Notes under the pieces: model-generated
The model's input: the letters and a program-made list of their open reading frames with translations, nothing else
Database searches by the model: none
Told to the model about the DNA's origin: nothing
Shown: piece by piece, positions 43,481 to 51,578 of the stretch
Layout: every line of letters begins with the position of its first letter
How positions within the stretch are numbered: the first letter of the stretch is position 1
Source: an uncultured bacterium
GTDB lineage: Bacteria; Hydrothermota; Tepidihabitantia; Tepidihabitantales; Tepidihabitantaceae
DNA length: 64,000 bases
Assembly: GCA_964597845.1 (NCBI GenBank)
Contig: CAZQZR010000003.1
Location: forward strand, 3,427 to 67,426
Direction: 5' to 3'
Translations under genes and position numbers: made by a program

Positions 43481-44093
43481 GGCCCTGCTGCTCGGTCTCT
43501 CCACCGGCCTGTTCTGCGCCGGGTTCTGTGTTCCGCTGGTCGGCCCGCTGCTGCTTTCGGATGAGAACCGAAGCGTCAGACGCTCGGCGTCCCGTGTCGG
43601 CCTCTTCCTTGCGGGAAGGCTCGTTGCCTACCTGCTGTTCGGACTGGTGTTCGGTGCGCTAGGCGGCGCGCTCAGCCGCGTGTGGGGCATCAAAGCCGTG
43701 CTGCTACCGCTGGTGTATGCGCTCCTTGGAGTGCTGATGATTATCTACGCTGTGGTTCAGTCATTCCCGCATGTCGGGCTCTGCCGTGCGGTCAGCCCGC
43801 GCATCCGGTCTGGCTGGTACCTAGTCTTGGTCGGCTTCCTTGCCGGCATCAACCTCTGCCCGCCGTTCCTGCTCGCGGTCACGACGGTCATGGACATCGG
43901 CGGCGCTTGGCAGGGAGCCCTGTTCTTCTTCGTCTTCTTCCTCGCCACGAGTGTCTACCTACTGCCCCTCTTCTTCGCCGGGCTCGTGAGCCGTTTCTCG
44001 GCAGTCCGCTTCGCCGGCCGCGTCGCAGCCGTACTCGCCGGCGTCTACTTCATCTACCTCGCCGCCCGCACTCTCCTCAGCCGCGCCCGCTAG
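43455..44093 (+). CDS. integral membrane protein (DsbD_2/TauE-like, 6 TM) with CxxxC in the first helix
   Basis: 212 aa. MMILKLVAKALLLGLSTGLFCAGFCVPLVGPLL..., uniformly hydrophobic helices. Start trimmed from 43188. Confidence 0.6.
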   Translation: MMILKLVAKALLLGLSTGLFCAGFCVPLVGPLLLSDENRSVRRSASRVGLFLAGRLVAYLLFGLVFGALGGALSRVWGIKAVLLPLVYALLGVLMIIYAVVQSFPHVGLCRAVSPRIRSGWYLVLVGFLAGINLCPPFLLAVTTVMDIGGAWQGALFFFVFFLATSVYLLPLFFAGLVSRFSAVRFAGRVAAVLAGVYFIYLAARTLLSRAR

Positions 44094-45403
44094 CGCTGCA
44101 CGACGACCTTCCGCGCCCGGCCCAAGTCCCCCTCCCCGCGCCCCTCGTTTCTGACGAAGTAGACGCCGGGCTTCGCGCTCACGACCCTCCGCCCCATCGC
44201 GTCGAACGCGACCGCGCCGGGCGGCAGGCTGCGTACAACCGTTGCCGCGCCAGTCGCCATCCGCCCGTCGCCATTCGCCGTCTCCTCGATACTGGGCCGT
44301 AAACTCCGATAGCATGTCAGACATCTGCCACGCCTGTCATGCAGGCCGACATAGATGCGACCGTTTCGGTCCGAAGTAATGTCCGCAGCAATTGAGTAGC
44401 TTTCCGTCACGGCCTCTGGGGGCGACCAACCGTTGCCCCGGTTGTAGCTCACGACGAGTATCGTGTCAGGCCGCGTCCAGCAAGTCCAGACCCAACCAAG
44501 CGGGTCGGTACAGACCATCGGCGCAGACCACCGCCGGTCGGTAGTCACGATGCGCTGGTCAATCATGCCACCCTGCGAGAACGTGGCTGACCATAGCGCG
44601 CCCGACGAGTCGAGGTACACTATCCACATGTGGCCGGACGAATCGCCGGTCGCCGCGTAGGAACCGCCACAGTCCAAGCTCGCCAGCCGACGAATTGTAT
44701 CCGGCAGTACTTGGTCAATCAGAATCTCGCTCACACCGTAGGTCGAGTGACTGCATACTGCCCAAAGGCCCGAGTCGGGTCTCGCAACCATCAGCGGCAA
44801 CCCATAGTCTATGAACAAGGGGCTGCCAGAACCCTCCGCAATCGAGTGCGGCCATATCCACGTGTCGCCTTGAAACATACTGTACAACGCGGAAGTACAT
44901 AAGCCGGGAAGCGGCGCGTACTGCACGCAGATGCCCATGTACCAGTCACCCTGCTTGCCAACGGCAAAGCTCTGGCCCACAGAGCCGGGGCCGGGCAAGG
45001 CCTGCCGCTCCGGCCCCCAGCCCAGAGAGTCGTGCACACGGGTGCAGATGCCCCACGAGTCATCGTCGGTGTAGTATGTGCCGTTGTACCACGACAGCCA
45101 AACCCTATCCTGTGCATCCGTACCCGCAGCAAGACAATACACGAACGTGTCCGCAACAAGCACGCGAGCGTCGGACCAGGAGTCACCCATGCTCCAATGT
45201 GCGAAGGCGCAGCTCATGTCCGGCCAACCGTTGTCGACGCTGTAGAAAGCCCACAGCGTGTCGCCGCCGGCCATGGCGAACTGGAAGTCATCGACATAGT
45301 GCAACGCCGTGTCCACACCAACGTCAATGGGCTCCGACCACTGGCCGAGGCAAACAGAGCAAAGGGCGCAGGCCACTGCAAGTAGTGCGAGCTTCGACTT
45401 CAT
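44090..45403 (-). CDS. secreted protein of unknown function with T9SS-type sorting domain
   Basis: 437 aa with signal peptide and a W/D-rich repetitive body. C-terminal LPPGAVAFDAMGRRVVSAKPGVYFVRNEG. Confidence 0.7.
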   Translation of the reverse strand: MKSKLALLAVACALCSVCLGQWSEPIDVGVDTALHYVDDFQFAMAGGDTLWAFYSVDNGWPDMSCAFAHWSMGDSWSDARVLVADTFVYCLAAGTDAQDRVWLSWYNGTYYTDDDSWGICTRVHDSLGWGPERQALPGPGSVGQSFAVGKQGDWYMGICVQYAPLPGLCTSALYSMFQGDTWIWPHSIAEGSGSPLFIDYGLPLMVARPDSGLWAVCSHSTYGVSEILIDQVLPDTIRRLASLDCGGSYAATGDSSGHMWIVYLDSSGALWSATFSQGGMIDQRIVTTDRRWSAPMVCTDPLGWVWTCWTRPDTILVVSYNRGNGWSPPEAVTESYSIAADITSDRNGRIYVGLHDRRGRCLTCYRSLRPSIEETANGDGRMATGAATVVRSLPPGAVAFDAMGRRVVSAKPGVYFVRNEGRGEGDLGRARKVVVQR

Positions 45404-45412
45404 GGCACCTCC

Positions 45413-47728
45413 TTACCTGACGACAACCTTCCGCATCCTACCCGACCCCTGACCCCTGGCCCCTGGCCCCTCTCCTACGAAGTACACGCCGGGCCTCGCG
45501 CTTACAACCCTCCGCCCCATCGCGTCGTACACCACCGCTCCGGGCGGCAGGCTGCGGATGACCGTGGCTGCCGGCCTGAAGCTTGAGGCCGGAGGGCCGA
45601 AGCTCTCTTCGATTCCCCCGCCCGAGTCCCGTAGGACCGAAATGGTCGCCCCGCGGTAGTTCGCTACGTAGACCCGGCCTTGGTCCGGGTCCCAGACTGC
45701 GTCGCTCGGCGTGTGGTCGACCCCGACGGTCGCGAGCACGCTGTCGGTCGTTCCGTCAATGACCGTGACATCGTTGCTGTAGGAGTTCGCGCAGTAGACC
45801 CTGTCGTTCTCGGCGTCGTAACAAAGGGCAACCGGCTCCTCACCGACGGGCACCGTCGCGACGGCCGAGTCGGTCGCGCAGTCGATTACCGTCACCGTGG
45901 CGTCGCCCGAGTCCGCGCAGTAGACCTTGTTGCCGCGCGGGTTGTAGCAGAGGGCGACTGGCAGGAGTCCCACGTCCACCGAATCGATGACTTCGTTCGT
46001 TGCGCCGTCGAAGACGGTCACGTTGCGGCTCGTGTTGTTCGCGCAGTAGACCTTCTGCTCCCGGGGATTGAAGCAAAGTGCCCTGGGTCGCCTTCCCGCG
46101 GTGACATGGGTGACCTGGTTCGTCGTGCCGTCGATCACGGACACGTATTCGCAAGCATTGTTCGCGCAGTAAACGGCGTCGCTCTGGGAGTCGTAGCAGA
46201 GGGCTTCCGGCCAGTCTCCCACGGTGACCGTAGTGATGACCTGGTCCGTCGCGCCGTCGATCACGGTCACGGACCTGCCGTAGCGGTTGGCGCAATAGAC
46301 CCTGTTGTGCGGGCTCCAGCAGAGGGCGCAGGGATAGTCGCCGACCCTGATCGTGGCAAGCGCCGAGTCCGACGCGCCGTCGATCACGGTCACGGTCGAG
46401 TTCCCCGAGTCAGCGCAGTAGACCTTGTTGCCCTGCGGGTTGTAGCAGAAGGCGCAGGGCCAGACTCCGGTCGTGACGTTGGCGACGATCCGGTTCGTGG
46501 CACCGTCGATCACGCCCACGGCGCCGCTGGTCTGGTTCGCGCTGTATACCTTGTCATCTACAGGGTTGTAGCCGAGGGCACGAGGCCGGTCTCCTACCAC
46601 CACAGTGGCAACGATGCTGTCGGCCTTGCAGTCTATCACCGTCACGTCGTCTCTGACGTGATTGGGGCAGTAGACACTGCTGTTCCGGGGGTTGTAGCAC
46701 AGGGCCGGAATGCTGACGGGCATCTGCACGGCGGCAACCACTTCGTCGGTCGCCCCGTCGACGGCGACCAGGCTGCGGCCGCCGTGACCGACAAACCAGA
46801 CCCGGTTGTTGCCCGCGTCGTAGCAGAGACCCCAGCACTTCCCGTCCGGTATCGTCGCGAGGACCGAATCGGTCTCGCCGTCGATTACCGTGAGCGTCGC
46901 TTTCGGATTCGGACCGGCGCTGTTGTTCTGGCAATAGATCTTGTTATTGACCGGATTGTAGCACAGGTCGCTGGGGGCGTAGCCCGCGGCGACTGTCGCG
47001 ACGACCGCGTTCGTCGCCGCGTCTATCACGGTCACGTTCCTGCGCATGAAGTTCGCGCAGTAGATCTTGTTGCTCCTGGGGTTGTAGCAGACAACGGTGG
47101 GAAAGAGGCTGCAGGTCGCCGCGGCTACGACGACGTTCGTCTCACCGTCTATCACGACCAGGTTGTTGGTGTCCGTGTTCAGCGCGCAGTACACCTTGTT
47201 GTCATCCGGGTTGTAGCAGAGGGCCCGCGGGCTGTTGCCGACGGCGATTGACGCGATGATACAATCGGAGCTGCCGTCGATGACGGTGACGCTGTCGCTC
47301 ATCTTGTTCGCGACGTAGACCCTGTTGTCATGGCTGTTGTAGCAGAGAGCGTACGGCTGGTTCCCGGTGGCCACGGTGGTGATGGCCTGATTGGTAGCCC
47401 CATCAATCACCGTCACGTTGTCGTCGTGCATGCTCGCGGCGTAGATCTTGTTGTTCGCCGGGTTGCAGCAAAGGGACGACACGCGCTCCATGCCTCTGCC
47501 GGCGGGTATCCGGGCTATCTTCTGGTTCGTCGCGCAATCGATGGCAACCACGCAATCTCCCTCCTCGCCGCCAACGTACATGGTGTTGGTGACGGAGTTG
47601 AGCGTGATGCAGCGCGGTCCGGTCATCCCCCCGAGTGAATCCGGCAACACGATTGTCGTCTCCGGCCACTGGGCATTGACGGCTGACAGCAAGCAGCCTA
47701 CGGCTAACAGTACAGAAACGTACTTCAC
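45413..47728 (-). CDS. YVTN-family beta-propeller repeat protein with T9SS-type sorting domain
   Basis: 771 aa. About 40-residue repeats (..N.VTVIDGATN.V.ATV.VG..P.ALCYNP..NKVYCAN..). C-terminal LPPGAVVYDAMGRRVVSARPGVYFV. Confidence 0.8.
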   Translation of the reverse strand: MKYVSVLLAVGCLLSAVNAQWPETTIVLPDSLGGMTGPRCITLNSVTNTMYVGGEEGDCVVAIDCATNQKIARIPAGRGMERVSSLCCNPANNKIYAASMHDDNVTVIDGATNQAITTVATGNQPYALCYNSHDNRVYVANKMSDSVTVIDGSSDCIIASIAVGNSPRALCYNPDDNKVYCALNTDTNNLVVIDGETNVVVAAATCSLFPTVVCYNPRSNKIYCANFMRRNVTVIDAATNAVVATVAAGYAPSDLCYNPVNNKIYCQNNSAGPNPKATLTVIDGETDSVLATIPDGKCWGLCYDAGNNRVWFVGHGGRSLVAVDGATDEVVAAVQMPVSIPALCYNPRNSSVYCPNHVRDDVTVIDCKADSIVATVVVGDRPRALGYNPVDDKVYSANQTSGAVGVIDGATNRIVANVTTGVWPCAFCYNPQGNKVYCADSGNSTVTVIDGASDSALATIRVGDYPCALCWSPHNRVYCANRYGRSVTVIDGATDQVITTVTVGDWPEALCYDSQSDAVYCANNACEYVSVIDGTTNQVTHVTAGRRPRALCFNPREQKVYCANNTSRNVTVFDGATNEVIDSVDVGLLPVALCYNPRGNKVYCADSGDATVTVIDCATDSAVATVPVGEEPVALCYDAENDRVYCANSYSNDVTVIDGTTDSVLATVGVDHTPSDAVWDPDQGRVYVANYRGATISVLRDSGGGIEESFGPPASSFRPAATVIRSLPPGAVVYDAMGRRVVSARPGVYFVGEGPGARGQGSGRMRKVVVR

Positions 47729-47935
47729 GGCACCTCCTAAGTGTCTGTCACCCCGACCGAAGTGGAGGGGTCTTTCCGGAGAGATTCATCGACTCGCTCC
47801 GCTTGTTCAGAATGACTTCAGCAGCTTCATGGCATCTCCCAGACGCCAGATTATCGGCCGCCACTGCGTCTTGTCAATGGGCAAGGGACTTTGGCGTACG
47901 GGAGCAAAGCTCCCGCCTTTCCCGAGCCCGGCTTC

Positions 47936-47961
47936 CGAAAAGCGGCAGCTCGCGCTGCCGC
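47936..47961 (-). terminator. canonical intrinsic terminator
   Basis: Minus strand GCGGCAGC-gcga-GCTGCCGC followed by TTTTCGG, 11 nt after the TAG at 47973-47975. Confidence 0.6.
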
Positions 47962-47972
47962 AGTCCAAGGTG

Positions 47973-48071
47973 CTACTTGCGCCTGAGTTGGCGGTCGAGG
48001 CCGTCGAGGGCCAGCTCGGCGAATTTGCGGGCCTGCTCGGCGTCCGGCCGGTCTTTGAGCGCATCGGCCAA
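47973..48071 (-). CDS. possible small ORF (32 aa from TTG; open frame extends to 48149)
   Basis: LADALKDRPDAEQARKFAELALDGLDRQLRRK with about 87% G/C at third positions. GGAG lies 6 nt before the TTG. Followed by an intrinsic terminator. There is no ATG/GTG in the 58-codon open frame. Confidence 0.3.
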   Translation of the reverse strand: MADALKDRPDAEQARKFAELALDGLDRQLRRK

Positions 48072-48311
48072 GACCTTCTCCCGCTCAGGCGACCCGGGTT
48101 GAGTGTCGTAGACTGCGCGGTTGGTATCTTCCTCTGTCCCGCCATTCGCCTACTTCCTTCAGAAGTAGGGCCAGTTTCCAGCACCCCGGCGCACGCTTCC
48201 CGTTCGGCCCAGTTTCCTATATGTCCCCTCGAAATCGAGCCCCGAAATCCTGTAACTTCTCTATTCTCAATTCACTATTCACTCTTGCCGAAACTCCCCT
48301 ACCCCATCCCC

Positions 48312-48647
48312 TAGACTGTTTGGTGAATTGTCCGGAGAATCATCTAGAGAGCAATCCGGCAGACTATCCTCCAGACTATCCGCCAGACAATCTGGAGAAT
48401 CATCTAGACGACTATCCAGCAGACTATCTGGAAGACAATCTCCCGGAGAATGTGGAGGACAATCTGGACCGCAGTCTGGAGAACCATTCAGCCGACTATT
48501 CCGCAGATTGCCCGGAGAATCATCTGGAGAGCAATCTGGAGGATTATCCGGAGAGCAATCGGGCAGACAATCTACCCGATTATTCGGTAGATTGTCTGGT
48601 GAATTGCCTGGCGGATTATCTGGAGAACTATCCGGGGAATTCTCGTC
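48312..48647. repeat. 12-nt degenerate tandem array C (28 units, consensus NRGAYWATCYGG)
   Basis: 28 consecutive 12-mers in perfect phase with no indel (agaatcatctag agagcaatccgg cagactatcctc ...). Positions 3-4 GA, 7-8 AT and 11-12 GG are conserved. Open in three reading frames. Begins about 20 nt after the HerA terminator. Confidence 0.85.
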
Positions 48648-48666
48648 CAAAGGCCTAAACAGACAG

Positions 48667-48692
48667 CCGGGGCGCGGAATTCCGCGTCCCGG
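48667..48692 (-). terminator. palindromic hairpin after the HerA-like gene
   Basis: CCGGGGCGCGGAATTCCGCGTCCCGG, followed on the minus strand by CTGTCTGTTTAGG, 24 nt after the stop. Confidence 0.5.
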
Positions 48693-48715
48693 CATGAATC
48701 GGTAAACGGCCCGGA

Positions 48716-50362
48716 CTACAGGTCTTTTCTTCGCGCGCGCCAGCGCCTGACGATGCGGTCCACGTCCATCTCCTTGATGCCGCTCGACCACCATTTGGCG
48801 AACTCGACGTCCGAGCTCGTCGGCTTCGGGTTCGGGCAATCGATCATCACCCGTGTCGGCAGGGCCACGCAGTCACCGAGTATCAGCGCTTCGCCGGTCC
48901 GGAGCGACGGCAGCATGTCCATCAAACCTGAAAGCGAATCCGGCACCAGCTTTCGGACGTACGCCTGGTCCTCCGGGTTCGTGAGCCGCATGGCGATGAA
49001 GCTGTTACACTGGGAGAGCACGGTTTCGGACAGTTCCTTGGGCCGCTGGCTGACGATGATTGTGCCGATGCCGTACTTCCGGCCCTCCTTGGTAAGCCGT
49101 TCGATCGCGGTCTTCGCTGCCTGGAGCTTATAGTCGTTGCGGTTAGGCACATAGTTGTGTGCCTCTTCGAATACCAGCAGTATCGGGAAACGGTCGCGCT
49201 CCGGATTCCAGAGGTTGAACTCAAACACGATGCGTGAAACGACCGCGGCCACCACGCCGACCGCCTCGGTGGGAACGCCGCTCAGGTCGACAACCGCCAT
49301 CCTGTTCCCCGTGTCGATCGAAAGGAACTCCCTGAGTAGCCGCACGAGGCTGTCGTTGTTCGTATAAGTGGAGGGCGAGAACATGAACCTGAACCGCGGG
49401 TCGCTCACTTTGCTGTCGAGCCGCAGCAGGAACCGGTCGAATTCACCGTACAACGGCCCCGGCTGCATGTCGCCGTCGTTGTTCGGCACCATCTGGATGT
49501 TCCAGTTCCTTATCTGGCCAAGCATGTCCTCAATCTGAAAGAAGATCGGAGAATCCGCGGTCACCCGCTCGCCCTTGCGCAATCGGTCACTCCCGACCGT
49601 GCCTTCCCGCGCCCGCACCAGCGCATCACGCAGAATCGTAATCTGGTTCTTGGCCGAGAACTCGTTCATGTCTATAGTCAGGTCCTGGAACTCGTCGAAG
49701 CTGAGCAGCCAGTACGGCAACTCGACCTTGTCCGCCTCAATCAGCGTGACCTTTTCCGGGAACGCCGACGCATACTCGCCGTGCAGGTCAAGTACGATGA
49801 TGTGAGCGTCAGGGTACTTGCGAATCGCCTCCTGCAGAATCGAGACGACCGTGCAGGATTTGCCGCAACCCGTCGTGCCGACCACCGCGATGTGCTGCCC
49901 GAAGAAACGGTCGACGTTGATGAAGGCGCGCTGGTCCTCGGCCTGCGACGGCCGGCCGAACGAGAAGTCGTACTCATTGTACTCGGAGAAGATGCTCTTC
50001 AGTTCGTCGGGGCCCACCATTCTCACGATTTGGCCAACGGTGGGGTAAACGGCCACTCCGCGGATGAACCCGCCGTTGGCCCCCATCGTACCGATGAGTA
50101 TGCAGTCCGCTATCTTCCGCCCGGCGGTCGGACAAGCCGGGTCAAGAGCCGCTGACGACAGGTGGCCTGCGTTCATGCTGATGGACGAAACGATGCCGAT
50201 GACACTGCGGTCTCGGACCGCGATCTTGATGTGCGAGCCGGGCTGCCCCGGGAAGTAGTCCAGGGCCAGCGGAACCGTCGTGTCTACGTGCAACTCTACG
50301 AGCGCCCGCTCGCCGTTCACCTCGACGACGAAGCCGATGTCAATATCACTATTTGCTGTCAT
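48716..50362 (-). CDS. HerA-like (DUF87) P-loop ATPase
   Basis: 548 aa. N-terminal barrel-like IGFVVEVNGERALVEL. Walker A VVGTTGCGKS, Walker B ILLVFEEAH, GIGTIIVSQRP. AAGGAG RBS. Confidence 0.85.
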   Translation of the reverse strand: MTANSDIDIGFVVEVNGERALVELHVDTTVPLALDYFPGQPGSHIKIAVRDRSVIGIVSSISMNAGHLSSAALDPACPTAGRKIADCILIGTMGANGGFIRGVAVYPTVGQIVRMVGPDELKSIFSEYNEYDFSFGRPSQAEDQRAFINVDRFFGQHIAVVGTTGCGKSCTVVSILQEAIRKYPDAHIIVLDLHGEYASAFPEKVTLIEADKVELPYWLLSFDEFQDLTIDMNEFSAKNQITILRDALVRAREGTVGSDRLRKGERVTADSPIFFQIEDMLGQIRNWNIQMVPNNDGDMQPGPLYGEFDRFLLRLDSKVSDPRFRFMFSPSTYTNNDSLVRLLREFLSIDTGNRMAVVDLSGVPTEAVGVVAAVVSRIVFEFNLWNPERDRFPILLVFEEAHNYVPNRNDYKLQAAKTAIERLTKEGRKYGIGTIIVSQRPKELSETVLSQCNSFIAMRLTNPEDQAYVRKLVPDSLSGLMDMLPSLRTGEALILGDCVALPTRVMIDCPNPKPTSSDVEFAKWWSSGIKEMDVDRIVRRWRARRKDL

Positions 50363-50498
50363 GTTTGATTACTCCTTAGCGGGCGGCCGCCCGGCCGGAG
50401 GACTCTCTTCGGGTTGTACATTATGCGGAAAGAGCCGAACCTGCGGTCAAGTCCGCTCTGAATGGGAAGCACGCGACGTAACCAGTCAATCGACAGTA

Positions 50499-50527
50499 AC
50501 AATAGCCGAGTTTGGCGGCGGCGTCAA
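50499..50527 (-). promoter_or_regulatory. sigma70-like promoter of the HerA-like gene
   Basis: Minus strand TTGACG-N17-TATTGT about 140 nt upstream of the ATG. Confidence 0.4.
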
Positions 50528-50563
50528 CTGGCGGGATATTCCCGAGAACCGTGATAGGAACTT

Positions 50564-50698
50564 ACCACCAAGACACGAAGAGGAAGGGATGAAGCCGGAA
50601 AGGCTGAAGCCGGAAAAACCTGAGTTCGGGTTCGTCCTTCATCCCTCATCCTTCATCCTTTCCGCGACATGCTTGGCGGTCTTGGCGTCCTTGGCGGT
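50564..50698. repeat. long nested hairpin made of word repeats (A-B...B'-A')
   Basis: accaccaagacacgaag / aggaagggatgaag ... cttcatccctcatccttcatcc / cttggcggtcttggcgtccttggcggt. The outer and inner arms are each imperfect reverse complements. Confidence 0.7.
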
Positions 50699-50726
50699 TC
50701 TATATCGGTTTCCGGGATATTGTCGG

Positions 50727-50754
50727 TTGACTGAGCCGCGAAATCGTTTAACAT
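50727..50754 (+). promoter_or_regulatory. sigma70-like promoter of the radical SAM gene
   Basis: TTGACT-N16-TAACAT about 120 nt upstream of the ATG at 50874. Confidence 0.4.
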
Positions 50755-50873
50755 CTGACGGTGATACTGAAGTCAGAAAGAACCGACGTGCGTGGACACG
50801 CAGCCAAGGTGCTCCCCGCGCCGGCCGCTGCTCGCTCCGCCCAACTCCCTATCGAGAGGGCACGGTAGCACTC

Positions 50874-51578
50874 ATGCGCATCGTCGGGTTCACTGAAACC
50901 TCGCTACTCGACTGGCACGGCCGGATCGCCGCCGTCCTGTGGATCAGCGACTGCAACTTCTGTTGTCCGTTCTGTCATAACCACCAGGTCGCCGACGACG
51001 ACCCGAGCCTGCCGGAAGTACCGTGGGACGAAATCGCCCGGACGCTCGACCGCAAACGCGACTGGTATGACGGCGTGGTCCTGACCGGCGGCGAGCCGCT
51101 GATGCACCCCGAGGTCTTCGAGTTGTGCCGGCGCATCAAGGACATCGGCCAGCCGGTAAAGGTGGACACGAACGGCTCATTCCCCTACGCGCTCAAGGAC
51201 CTGGTTGACCGGCAGCTCGTGCAAGCCGTTGCCATGGATGTGAAGGCACCGCTCAGCGCACGATACGCCAGAGCCGCCGGCCGGCCGGTTGACCTCGCGC
51301 CGCTGCGCCGGACCATCAAGCTCCTAATCGAATCCGGCATCGAGCACGAGTTCCGCAGCACGCTCGTGCCCGGTCTCATCAACCCGGATGACATCGTGGC
51401 CATCGGTGAAGCGGTCAAAGGCGCCCAGGCTGTCGCTCTGCAGGCATACGTGCCCGAACGGGCAAGAGTCAAGGGATTCGGCGGAGGAAAGTCTTACTCG
51501 CAGTCTGAAGTTGACGCCATGGCCGAAGTCTTGAGACGGTCGGTCAAGGAAGTCAGGATTCGCGGCAGCTTCGCCTGA
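50874..51578 (+). CDS. radical SAM activating enzyme (anaerobic ribonucleotide reductase activase NrdG-like family)
   Basis: 234 aa. SLLDWHG..A.VLWISDCNFCCPFCHN (CX3CX2C), VVLTGGEPLMH, VKVDTNG. Start trimmed from 50280. Confidence 0.8.
   Translation: MRIVGFTETSLLDWHGRIAAVLWISDCNFCCPFCHNHQVADDDPSLPEVPWDEIARTLDRKRDWYDGVVLTGGEPLMHPEVFELCRRIKDIGQPVKVDTNGSFPYALKDLVDRQLVQAVAMDVKAPLSARYARAAGRPVDLAPLRRTIKLLIESGIEHEFRSTLVPGLINPDDIVAIGEAVKGAQAVALQAYVPERARVKGFGGGKSYSQSEVDAMAEVLRRSVKEVRIRGSFA

Noticed and set aside
48221-48839. ORFs across array C (48221..48658+, 48328..48705+, 48279..48839-).
   Set aside because: The reasoning is the same as for arrays A and B. In addition, the minus-strand ORF would overlap the HerA 3' end and its terminator.
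3968-50873. N-terminal extensions offered by the ORF track (to 4096, 14580, 33379, 38622, 43188, 50280, 53642, 57921).
   Set aside because: The upstream codons run through intergenic repeats, neighbouring genes or promoter boxes. Internal starts give proper signal peptides or conserved N-termini, and often an RBS or an abutting promoter.
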